Shown here: positions 53,065 through 64,000 of the stretch, in pieces | Layout of the letters: every line of letters starts with the position of its first letter | How positions within the stretch are numbered: the first letter of the stretch is position 1 | Assembly (NCBI RefSeq): GCF_006345805.1 | Contig: NC_043007.1 | Span: forward strand, 37,758,001 to 37,822,000 | DNA: 64,000 nt | Origin: Octopus sinensis | Lineage: Eukaryota | Direction of reading: 5' to 3' | Translations under genes and position numbers: made by a program | The notes under the pieces: generated by a model | The model's input: the letters and a program-made list of their open reading frames with translations, nothing else | Databases searched by the model: none | Told to the model about the DNA's origin: nothing

Positions 53065-53371
53065 AGATTTAACCATATCAAATCTACCATCATCAGCACA
53101 GAGTTTTCATTTTATACCAGTTTTCAATCTACAACTATTTTCTTTCTCCATATTTGGGAGTATTTTATTTCAGTGCTAAAGATCAACTCCAGAACTCTAC
53201 CATTAAATTTGGGCCTTTCCACCCCAATCTCTTTGATACCTTACTCAGGTTTTACTTAGTTTGTTGTACTAACACTGATACATCTACTAGATTAATAAGC
53301 TCTTGCTTGAGTCAGCAACAAGAGCTACAAATAGTCATTGAACCTTCTAAATACAGTCAATAGGAGAGAGA

Positions 53372-53602
53372 GCCATGCCAACTTGAGACAGTGTCAGGAT
53401 ATTGTGAGCCAGCATCATGTTATTGCGAAATGGTGTCATCCCTGTTTGAGACAACACCAAACCAGTTCAGGACAATACCAACCCAACTTGAAATAGAACT
53501 GCACTACCTTAAGATAGTACCATGCTAGATTCAGATGCTATTATGCCAGCTTGGGACAATAACACATCAGCCTGGGTCAGTTTTATGCTAGTCTAAGATA
53601 TT
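53372..53602. repeat. Highly diverged 21-bp tandem array (11 units, consensus about ACCATGCCAGCTTGAGACAAT)
   Basis: Aligned by hand: 11 consecutive units of exactly 21 nt with no indels. Confidence 0.7.
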
Positions 53603-54642
53603 AGTACATAACTTAATGTCAGATGTATGCAATATGAACAACATAAAGGCAGTTTAATATAGTATGATTTCAACTTATTGTAAAAAATATCACAGTATGT
53701 TGCCAACTAACATATGACAAGTCTTACTAATCTATGACAAGATGTTGCTATCTCATGGTAGGACATTGTCTTCTTGTCACAAGATGCCAATTAACTTAAA
53801 ACATTATCATTAAGACATCTTGCTATCTTGTCATAAAATGAAATGATTGTAAGCCATTGCCATTTCATGACATTATTACCTTATTCTCACTGCAACATAC
53901 CAAGTGTATGACAATATTACATTCTTCCTTTTATTTAGTTTAACTATTATTGCAGAGTGGGTGGTTGTAAATTTTAAACAAGCAAAGAAGGTAGACAAAC
54001 AGGTTACGAAATACTAAATATCATCATCATCGCCACCTTCACCACAAGTGGTATTAGTAATAGTAGAGGACAGGATTTATTCCCTATTTTTGTTATCGCA
54101 ATCTGAAAACCAGTAGCGCATGAAAATGCACCACCTGCTCCATGCTGTGTTGTATTGCCTTATGTACATACACTCTGTCAAACCATAGAAAACAAAGTTA
54201 AGAGTCAAGAGGGTAATATAACAAACATTTTAGAAAGAATAAGAAATAAAATTACACAACCAATCACCTCACTGGAAAAAAATGCCATGAAAGAAAAGCA
54301 AATGATTAGTTAGGTTTTAAATGGCTAATTCCAGAAATAATTCAACAGGAAGCTTAATATGTTGGCGGGAGACGAGGTGGTGTAAGATTTTCTTGGTGAA
54401 ACTGAGATGTTACATAGGCATTAAAATCCAGTATTGTCTTTAAAAAAAAATACCGTCTATTCTCAAACACTTCTGTTTCTGAGAGGACACTAAAAACACT
54501 AATTACAGAAGCAGTGGTGGAGGTCATAGAACCATGCAGGAGAATTGATTATCATAATGATAATAATAATGGTTTCAAATTTTGGCACAAGGCCAATAAT
54601 ATTCATTACATTGACTCTAGCACTTGACTAGTACTTACACCT

Positions 54643-55027
54643 GTAAAGGCGCAATGGCCCAGTGGTTAGGGCAGCAGACTCGCGGTCGTAGGATCGCGGT
54701 TTCGATTCCCAGACCGGGCATTGTGAGTGTTTATTGAGCAAAAACACCTAAAGCTTCACAAGGCTCCTGCAGGGGGTGGTGGTGAACCCTGCTGTACTCT
54801 TTCACCACAACTTTCTCTCACTCTTTCTTCCTGTTTCTGTTGTACCTGTATTTCAAAGGGCCAGCCTTGTTACACTCTGTGTTATGCTGAATCTCACTGA
54901 GAACTACATTAAGGGTACACGTGTCTGTGGAGTGCTCAGCCACTTGCACGTTAATTCCACGAGCAAGCTGTTCCGTTGATCGTATCAGCTGGGACCCTCA
55001 TCGTCGTAACCGACGGAGTGCTCCTAT
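54643..55027 (+). mobile_element. tRNA-derived SINE family E, young full-length copy
   Basis: tRNA-like head GGCGCAATGGCCCAGTGGTTAGGGCAGC...GGTTTCGATTCCC, with 14-bp TSD TAGTACTTACACCT at 54629-54642 and 55028-55041. Confidence 0.85.
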
Positions 55028-55324
55028 TAGTACTTACACCTAGAACTGCAGCTTAATCAAAGAAATGAACTGTGCAAAAATACATGTCATGTTAATGACA
55101 ACTGCACCTTTGCACTGCTGTCATCATCAAGGAATCACTGGGGTTCCATCTGCTTCAGTGTGAATCTGTGTATCATCAGCCATGTAATTCCATGATCCTC
55201 AAATAGTTGGCATCCCTTCTACTAGTTGAAAGAGCATATGCTCCAATTTGGTCAGCTATTTTTTGGTACAAGGCATGCTAGTTAGATGACAATATAGCAC
55301 TCAAACAGTGTAGAGGTTAAAGAT

Positions 55325-55900
55325 TAAATAGACTACTTCTATCCAGCCTTTTAGAGACAGCTTTCTCTTAATTCATTTCCAAGTACGACTGACCACCCTC
55401 CTCATGATCTCATCCCAGATTTTCACTTGATTGTCCAGTCTGAACCAGAACCAAAACACCTTAACTGGACACTCAGTCCAACTACAAACAGAGTTATCTT
55501 AAGAGCATTATAGGCCTCCTGGGCAAAGTAACATAGTGGGGTTCCTACACACACATAGTGGGGCTCATACACCCTACAAGTACACCACAGTATACATACT
55601 TTAGCATTGGGCCCCTAGATCCATGGTAGCCCCAGACAACTGCCCATTGTGCTTAAGATGGTTCTGGCTAAAGATGTCACCATCCCACATAGACTTGCCA
55701 CTCCAGATATTGAGTTGCATGCCTAACAATTAGTCCCAGTTAATGCATATTCCTGTTATTCCTTCAGAATGCTAACAACCCCATGATTTCTGATCACAGT
55801 GACATTGTCCATGTATACAGACAGGGTTCTCAATACCAACTGTTTGTGAGACTCTACAAATTTATGGACGAAGGCTACAGATAATACATTCAATGTCAGT
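55325..55900 (-). mobile_element. Decayed L1/Tx1-type LINE RT fragments
   Basis: LSVYMDNVTVI at 55824-55792 resembles the YADD motif LSAYADDVTV, and WDEIMRRVVSRTWK*IKRKLSLKGWIEV resembles the post-RT W..R.LSLKGR motif. Confidence 0.55.
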
Positions 55901-56069
55901 TCACGATTGGTATTCATTTTACCAATACCAGAGGAACAAAACCAGTATTAGGTTTGCTAGGATTTGAAATGAGAATATTGAGGAGTGAAACTAAATATTG
56001 AAATGCATATAATCTTACATTCTACCATTTTTTGCACTTTTACTCTCTTAACAAAAAGAGTGATAATCA

Positions 56070-56822
56070 TAGGCACAAGATGAAAAGTGTTGAGGGGGCA
56101 AAAGGGTTAGCCAGTTAAATTGACTGCAGTACTTGATTGGTACTTTATATTATCAATCTCAGAAGGAGGACGAAATGCCAAGTTGACTTTGCTGAGATTT
56201 AAACTCAAAATGCAAAGGGTGATAACTAAATACCACAAGGCATTTTGTCCGAAGCTTTAATGATTCAACCAATCCACTATCAAATAACAACAACAATAAT
56301 AATAACAATCCTTTCTACTATAGGCACAAGCCTGAAATTTTAGAGGAGAGGGCCAGTCAATAACATTGATTCCAGTTCTTGACTTTTACTTATTTTATCG
56401 ACCCTGAAAAGATGAAAAGCAAAGTTGCCCATGGCAAATTTTAAATTTAGAACATAAAGATGGATGAAATACCACCAAGCATTTTGCCCAGTGTGCTAAC
56501 AATTCTGCCAGCTCGCCACCTTAATAATGATAATAATAATAATAATAATAATAACAATAATAATAATAATAATAATGATAATAATAATAATAATGATAAT
56601 AATAATAATCCTTTCTAGTGGATGAACAAGGCCTCAAATTTGAGGGAAAAGATTAAGTCAAATACATCAACCCCAGTTTGTAACTGGTACTTATTTAATT
56701 GACCCAGAAAGGATGAAAGCAAAGTCGACCTTGGCGGAATTTGAACTCAGAACATAGCAGCAGATGAAATACCACTAAGCATTTTGTCCTGCTTGCTAAC
56801 AATTCTACCAGCTTGCCGCTTT
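56070..56822 (-). mobile_element. Array of three family A-related SINEs separated by (AAT)n/(AAC)n
   Basis: Three reverse-complement copies of the SINE body, each next to a trinucleotide tract. Confidence 0.75.
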
Positions 56823-56846
56823 AATAACAGCAACAACAACAACAAC

Positions 56847-56891
<45 letters not shown>

Positions 56892-58802
56892 CATGAAAGC
56901 AAAAATAACTAAAACTAATTATGTGAATACTAATTATATTTTTTAATGTTACTCAAACTGGTTTTACAACCCTTGTCTTCGTCTTTCTTACATGCACCTT
57001 TCCACCACCTACCTGTAGAACAACAATCTTTATAATACAAAATGATGGGTTGGTCATGTCTGGAACACTTTTGATCATAGCTATGCTTGATCAAGACTGA
57101 CTTGTAGCAACATAAAGACAACATATCATGCATCAACTCCATCTCACACCAACACATACTTTACAAGTCAATAGAGTAGTCTCTACACCAGGTATCTTTT
57201 ACTCACTTCAGTCATTAAACTGCGGCCATGCTGGAGTACCGGCTTGAAGAGTTTTAAGTTGCATGAATCGAGCCCAGTACTTCTCATTTTTAAAGCCCAG
57301 TATTTATTCTATCAGACAGTTGCTGAACTGCCATGCTACGGGAACATAAACACACCAACACTGGTTGTCAAGTGGCAGTGCAAGAACAGACACAAACACA
57401 CCACACATACACATATACAACAAGCTTCTTTCAGTTTCCAACTACCAAATCCAGTCACAAGGATTTGGTCAGCCTGAGGCTATAGTAGAAGATACTTGCC
57501 CAAGGTGCCATGCAGGGGAACTGAAACCCAGAACCATATGGTTGGAAAGCAAGCTTCTTACCTCATAGCCATGCCTGCACTTATTTTTGGTATAGTTTTT
57601 ATAACTAGATGACTCTCTTAACCCCAATCATTTTACAAAGTGTAGTAGGTGCATTTTATCATGGTACCACCACAAGAGGTCATCATGCCCTCTATGTATG
57701 TATGTGTGTGTGTTTGTAAGGTAATTTTTTATTAGGCATGCCATTCAGAAAGTGTCAGGCGGCTGTATGTGCCCCATGGGCCACAGTTTGCCCATGAGTG
57801 CTCTACTCAGTTGCTCCAACTGCTAGAGACAATAGCCAAACTTCTGTCAAGCCATACATAATTTTTTTTCTTTTAAAGAAAAGAAAGGACACGTCAGACA
57901 ATGTAGACCATGATATACAAAATGAATAAATAAACAAACAAACAAAATAGAGAAAAACTGTGACTGTCATGGCTAGAATGCTTTTAGTCATAGGTCTACT
58001 TCCTCATAACCAACCCGGGGTTAAACAACAACAATAAATGTTGTTTTTCGATTTTCCACAAGATTCAAAGACAATTTTACAGGTGTAGGGAAAATGAGAT
58101 TCTGAGAAGTTGATGCATTTTCCAAACATATTAAGTTAAGAGTAGGTAATGTGGATTCAACCAGAAATTGAAACTATATAGGCACAGGAGTGGCTGTGTG
58201 GTAAGTAGCTTGCTTACCAACCACATGGTTCCGGGTTCAGTCCCACTGCGTGGCATCTTGGGCAAGTGTCTTCTGCTATAGCCTCGGGCCGACCAATGCC
58301 TTGTGAGTGGATTTGGTAGACATGTGTATATATATATGTATCTGTGTGTATATGTTTGTGTGTCTGTGTTTGTCCCCCTAGCATTGCTTGACAACCGATG
58401 CTGGTGTGTTTATGTCCCTGTCACTTAGCGGTTCGACAAAAGAGACCGATAGAATAAGTACTGGGCTTACAAAGAATAAGTCCCGAGGTCGATTTGCTCA
58501 ACTAAAGGCGGTGCTCCAGCATGGCTGCAGTCAAATGACTGAAACAAGTAAAAGTAAAGTAAGTAAAGTTAAAAAAAAACCCAGCCTACTGAAAGCTTAC
58601 CTCTCACTTGATTGAAGGACACTAGTAACTAGGATGGGGGTGGGGGGTGGATAATGAATATCAAAATATAGAGGCAAAAAGAAAAACATGACCGAAAAAA
58701 TATTAAATAGAATAAGAATAATACTAAAAAATATTTTTCCTTGTATAAAAACTATCGTCCTGAAATATATAGCTGAAAGTAGTAATCCTTATTATTAATA
58801 TT

Positions 58803-58839
<37 letters not shown>

Positions 58840-59743
58840 TGTTGAGAGATAGATAGATAGATAGATAGGTAGGTAGATAGATAGATATATGAGTGCGTGT
58901 GAGTAGTACACAAAATGTTTATAGTGGTGATTGTTGGTTGACAAACAAAAGTGTTCCCTATGACTAAAAGCTATGGTATGTCCTAAAACTCAAGTTTAAA
59001 GACATTTATTTATTTATTTATTTAGTTATCTTTCTTATTATTTATTTTTTTTTTTTTTGAGAGTCACAAGTTTCTCATTAAACAGAGCCAGGTACACATT
59101 TCTATGTAGTAAGGCACATAAGACTTATTAAAGATTATTGCTCTTCTTATGATTATCATTGGTCTTGTACCTGAATCAGAAATAATAATAATAGTATTCA
59201 TTAGCATGCTAAGTGAAATGCTTAGCGGCATTTTGTCCATCTTCACATTCTGAGTTCAAATTCTGTCGAGGTCAACTTTGCATTTCATCCTTATAGGGTC
59301 GACAAATTAGGCACCAGTAAAACACTGGGGCCAATGTAATTTCATCAGACAAAGTAGACCATGATATACAAAACGAATAAATAAATTATTTCAGATATTC
59401 TCATTTTGAAAATCATCTCTGGCTAATCGTTGAGAGGACATTGGTGTTGCCTTGGCAGAGACTTGTGCTTTCTGAGTGCTCTTGTTTATAATTATTATTA
59501 TTATGGTAGTGAATTGGCAGGCTCATTAGCACGTTACACAAAATATTTAGCAGCATTTTTTTCTACCTTTTTACATTGTGAGTTCAAATCCTGTCAAGAT
59601 CAACTTTGTCATTTATCCTTTCAGAGTTGACAAAATAGAGTACCAGTCAAGTACTGGGATCAAAGCCCTCCCTTATAGTAGAAGAAGAAGAAATAATAAT
59701 AATAATAATAATAATATAATAATAATAATAGTAGTAGTAGTAT

Positions 59744-59836
<93 letters not shown>

Positions 59837-60291
59837 GGTGATGAGCTGGCAGAATCATTAGCATGTCAGGCAAAATGCTTAACGACATTTCGTCATCTAT
59901 GTTCTGAGTTCAAATTCCACTGGGGTCAACTTTGCCTTTCATCCTTTTGGGATCAATAGATTAAGTACCAGTGAAACATTGTGGTCGATGTAATTGATCA
60001 GTTCCTTCGCCCAAAATTTCAGCCACTGTGCCTTTAGTAGAAAGGATTATTATTATTATCATTATTACTAAGGCAGTGAACTGGCAGAATCATATGCTAG
60101 GCAAAATGCTCAGCAGCATTTCATCCGTCTATATATTCTGAGTTCAAATCCTGCCGAGGTCAATTTTCCCATTCATCCTTTTGAGGTACATGAAATAAGT
60201 ACCGGTTAAGCACTGGGATTGATATAATCTCTTAGCCCTATCCCACCAAACTTCAGGCCTTGGGTTTATAATAGAAAGGATTGTTACTATT

Positions 60292-60657
60292 ATTACCTCC
60301 ACCTTAACGAAGGCGGTGGTATTGTTTCAGTTGTGTTTGTTTGTTTGTCCATGGACAAGATATCTCAAGAACCACTGGATGGATTCGGATGAAACTTTCA
60401 GAGATGTTTGGCTTTGTAACAGGCATGAACTGATTAGATTTTGGGATCAATCCAGTATTGGATAAGGATTCTGGATTATTTTTCTGGTTTTTCTACTTAA
60501 TTTTTGAGAGCAGTCAGGTTCATTTTTAGTATTCTCATTTGTGAGAACAGTCGAGTTTATTTCAGATATTCTCATTTCAAAAATCATCTCTGGCTAATCA
60601 TTGAGAGGATGTTAGTGTTGCCTTGGCAGAGGCTTGTGCTTTCTGAGTGCTCTTGTT
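60292..60657 (+). mobile_element. Non-autonomous Helentron/HINE-like element
   Basis: The start ATTACCTCCACC...GGCGGTGGTATTGTTT..GTTTGTTTGTTTGTCC and end CCTTGGCAGAGG...GCTTTCTGAGTGCTCTTGTT resemble HINE termini as I recall them. Confidence 0.55.
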
Positions 60658-61097
60658 TATTATTATTATTATTATTATTATAGTGAACTGGCAGGCTCAT
60701 TAACACGTTAGACAAAATATTTAGCAGCATTTTTTTCTACCTCTTTACATTGTGAGTTCAAGTCCTGTCAAGATCAACTTTGTCTTTTATCCTTTCAGAG
60801 TTGACAAAATAGAGTACCAGTCAAGTACCGGGATCAAAGCCCTCCCTTCCTCCTAAAACAACTGGCCTTGTGCCAAAATTTGATACTAAAGGCAGTGAGC
60901 TGTCAGAATCATTAGTACACAGGACAAAATGCTTAACAGCATTCCATGTCTTTATGTTCCGAGTTTAAATTTCACTAAGGCTGATTTGCCTTTCATCCCT
61001 TTCAAGGTTGATTAAGTAAATTCCAGCTGAACACCGAGGATGTATTTAACTAGCACTCTCCTCCAAAGTTTCAGGCCTTGTGCCTATAGTAGAATGG

Positions 61098-61133
<36 letters not shown>

Positions 61134-61134
61134 G

Positions 61135-61575
61135 AAAGGACTGAAACGAGATACTTTCCTGCTCAGTCAAGCCCTCATTGACTTTTTTAAGTTCCACTTG
61201 AAAAGAAAAGTGAGAGTAGAGAGGGAAGTTCTGCACCCCCAGTAAATTTGTTGAAAGGTGGGTGAATGTGGTGAGGATGGCCCGTGTGAATGGGCCTACT
61301 CTGAACTTTCATTTGTAAACAAGAGGAGCAGAGAAGGAGAGAGAGAGGTGTCTGCTGAGGTGCATCTGGCAGTCGAGATAACCAGAATGTGTAGGGTTCC
61401 TCGGTTTTCCCTTTGAGGAATTCCCCACTTTAGGGGAATTTTATTGTTTAATTGTATTATTGTCTTTGTTATTTTATTGTTTACTCGAATTTTGTGTTAA
61501 ACTCCACATGTCCCTAGTTTTGTATTGTCCCAATTTGTTTTGTGTTCGACCCTTGTGACCAATAAAGAAACAATT
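61135..61575 (+). mobile_element. LINE 3' end (Tx1-like) inserted in (ATT)n
   Basis: Frameshifted KRKVRVEREVL...KFVERWVNVVRMARVNGPTLNFHL*, then a T-rich UTR with AATAAA and TAT repeats on both sides. Confidence 0.5.
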
Positions 61576-62549
61576 ATTATTATCATTATTATTATTATGA
61601 TTATTATTATTATTATTAGTATTATTTTTAAGATAATGAGCTGGCAGAATCATTAGCATGCTGAGCAAAATACTTAGCAGCATTTCATGTTTTTATATTC
61701 TAGGTTCAAATTCTGCCATGGTCAACTTTGCCTTTCATTCTTTTAGGTTGATAAAATACGTATGAGTTGAGTACTGGGGTTGATGTAATCGACATAACCC
61801 CTTCCCTGAACTTGCTGGCTTTGTGCCAAAATCTGAAATCATCACCAATATCATCATGATTATTATTATTACTATGATGGCTACTGATATAAAACCATAT
61901 GGCAATGACAACCTCTTTGCTTCAAAAATTAATTGCACATACTGAATTCCTTTATCTACTGTATCCTTGTAATGATGTTCAAGTTTATAGAATTTGTACA
62001 GGTTAAGGCTTTTTATAAAGCAAGTACTTCAGTGTGTCTTTTTCACCTCTTTTACAATTGAGACAGCACATAGAGATAAATGTTCAACTAATGACTGATT
62101 ATAGAAAGATTATTCTGAAGATATGTAGAGTGTCATCTAAAAATTCCATTGCAAAATGAAAGCAAGCATGCAAATATATTACCAAGTCAATAAAAGTCAT
62201 TTAGTAATATATCACAAAGATAATACTTGTCATACAGAGATACTACCAAATAATAGAAATTTTCAAAATGTACAAACCTAAAAATGTCAAAATAAATTAT
62301 TAATATTCAATCTTTTATTTGTTGAGAATACTGCAGGAGTTAGTTACTCCAAGTTCTAGAGTTTCACACTTATGAACAAAACCATTGCCTTCCATCTCTC
62401 AAATACTCATTTATCATTTAGTCAAAGGGAAAACTTTTTCCTTTTCCTCATTCTTTTCTTGTAAGTTACATGGTGACTTCACAAGTGCTGGTGGTAAAAA
62501 AAAATTACAGAGAGCACTTTGTACAATGGCAGGTGTTAGGAAGGGCATA

Positions 62550-62745
62550 CAAGGTGGTGCTGAAAAGTTCCTGGTTTTGAGGGCATTGTGAAAGGCATGG
62601 TTGAAGGCCCAACCTTCCGAGTTCTTTTACAGGGCTTAGAAAAACTGAAGGGATACAGTAATAAGTGTGTGAATCTGAGAGAGGAATATGTTGAATAAAA
62701 TCATAATTAACTGATCCTCCTCTATTTTCTTTTACCCAAAGCAAA
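62550..62745 (+). mobile_element. Mariner-derived non-autonomous remnant
   Basis: TIR-like GGTGCTGAAAAGTTCCTGG and the transposase C-terminus KCVNLREEYVE*. Confidence 0.65.
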
Positions 62746-62802
62746 CTTCTTAACTCTACAGCTATGTCTGTGCCTATATATATATATTTATTTTATAGAA
62801 GG

Positions 62803-62853
62803 AGCTTCTACAGGACTAGAACTGTTTCATTCAAATGAAATCATCAGGAAGCT
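62803..62853 (-). ncRNA. Type I hammerhead ribozyme motif
   Basis: Minus strand reads AGCTTC-CTGATGA-TTTCATTTGAAT-GAAA-CAG-TTCTAGTC-CTG-TA-GAAGCT. It has a 6-bp stem I, an intact core, a 4-bp stem III and a GUA cleavage triplet. Stem II is weak, with U.U at the closing position. Confidence 0.75.
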
Positions 62854-63139
62854 GTATTGAGTACCTTATTTACTGTGGTTAACCCCGACTCAACCCGGGA
62901 CCTACATATATATATATCAGAATGAGACATTTGGGCAGTTTGTATTACAGAATGTTGGATTTCACAATGATTTCAGCAAATTTTAACAACATTGCTCATT
63001 TGAGCCACATTGTTGCTACCAAAAATATTGTGGTTACCAGGCTCCACAATGTAGTACACTTTCTCCCTCATCATCCATGTAACCACTGCACCAAGCTGAT
63101 GCAACAGCATCTGCTCCAACCATGCAGCAGCTATTCTTT

Positions 63140-63720
63140 TTTTTTTTTTTGCCCACAAGGGGCTAAACATAGAGGGGACAAACAAGGACAGACAAAGGGA
63201 TTATGTCGATTACAATGTAGTACACTTTCTCCCTCATCATCCATGTAACCACTACACCAAGCTGATGCAACAGCATCTGCTCCAACCATGCAGCAGCTAT
63301 TCTTTTTTTTTTTTTTGCCCACAAGGGGCTAAACATAGAGGGGACAAACAAGGACAGACAAAGGGATTATGTCGATTACATCGACCCCAGTGCATTACTG
63401 GTACTTAATTTATCGACCCTGAAAGGACGAAAGGCAAAGTCGACCTCGGTGGAATTTGAACTCAGAACATAATGGCAAACAAAATATCTATTTCTTTACT
63501 GCCCACAAGGGGCTACACACAGACGGGACAAACAAGGACAGACAAACGGATTAAGTCGTTTATATCAACTCCCAGTGCGTAACTGGTACTTATTTAATCG
63601 ACTCTGAAAGGATGAAAGGCAAAGTTGACCTTGGCGGAATTTGAACTCAAAATGTAGTGGCAAACAAAATACCGCTAAGCATCTTGCCCGGCGTGCTAAC
63701 ATTTCTGCCAGCTCGCCGCC
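63140..63720 (-). mobile_element. SINE family A dimer with a 166-bp tandem duplication across its end
   Basis: Same dimer junction as at 2659-2672. Copies 63046-63211 and 63212-63377 differ by one base. Confidence 0.8.
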
Positions 63721-64000
63721 GATATTCTGTTTTACCACTCTCTGAGGATTTGCTTTCTGTTCTCAATCTTAGTGCTCCTCTCACAAGTACATGCTGTGTC
63801 CATGCTGAAGCATTTCCAGCTTCCTTCTCTACCTTGTAAATCATTGCTTTGCTGTGCTTCCTAAGCCTGATTTCAACCAGGTAGGACATAAGTGGATTTA
63901 GGCACAAATCCACACCTTGCTTGCCATCCATGTGCTTCACTCAATTCTCATAGACCTTCATAGTTGAAAATCTTTCTTTCACAGCCAATTCCATATTAAC

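Larger units (their letters stand above)
59190..61850 (+). mobile_element. Composite cluster of about seven family A-related SINEs with nested inserts
   Basis: Recurring GAGCTGGCAGAATCATTAGC...GAGTTCAAAT... blocks separated by (ATT)n. Confidence 0.75.

Noticed and set aside
54646-54715. tRNA gene
   Set aside because: The tRNA-like head lacks a proper acceptor stem, continues into a SINE body and is bracketed by a TSD. The same applies to the other A/B-box matches.
55150-55200. YMADDTQI as an RT catalytic motif
   Set aside because: It is isolated, and its position relative to the adjacent Tx1-like fragments is inconsistent, so it may be chance.

Overview
AT-rich, repeat-dense animal genomic DNA, not prokaryotic. 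The tRNA-derived SINE families look like those I recall from octopus genomes, but this is recognition by eye and not a database result. The window lies inside one large minus-strand gene of the LMO7/LIMCH1 (fly smallish) family. Seven internal coding exons chain together with consistent splice phases (35002-34960, 25534-25102, 20452-20181, 19083-18959, 14224-14149, 9407-8835, 6924-6877), and a possible stop-containing exon follows at 6798-6760. They encode the end of a calponin-homology domain, a W..F..WKSRR motif and a long low-complexity region. I found no upstream CH exons between 35003 and 64000. The introns hold several SINE families, LINE fragments (CR1/L2, RTE, L1/Tx1), DNA-transposon remnants, a 2.1 kb 22-bp satellite and microsatellites. 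Nearly all long ORFs in the supplied track are repeat artefacts. The most striking unexplained signal is six type I hammerhead-ribozyme-like motifs with mutually different stems, each beside a (TA)n tract. Five lie on the strand of the host pre-mRNA, and the best two (34577-34667, 62803-62853) keep all catalytic-core nucleotides. Also notable are a candidate recursive splice site at 39053/39054, a two-donor templated insertion at 59345-59674 and a recurrent SINE dimer with a palindromic junction.
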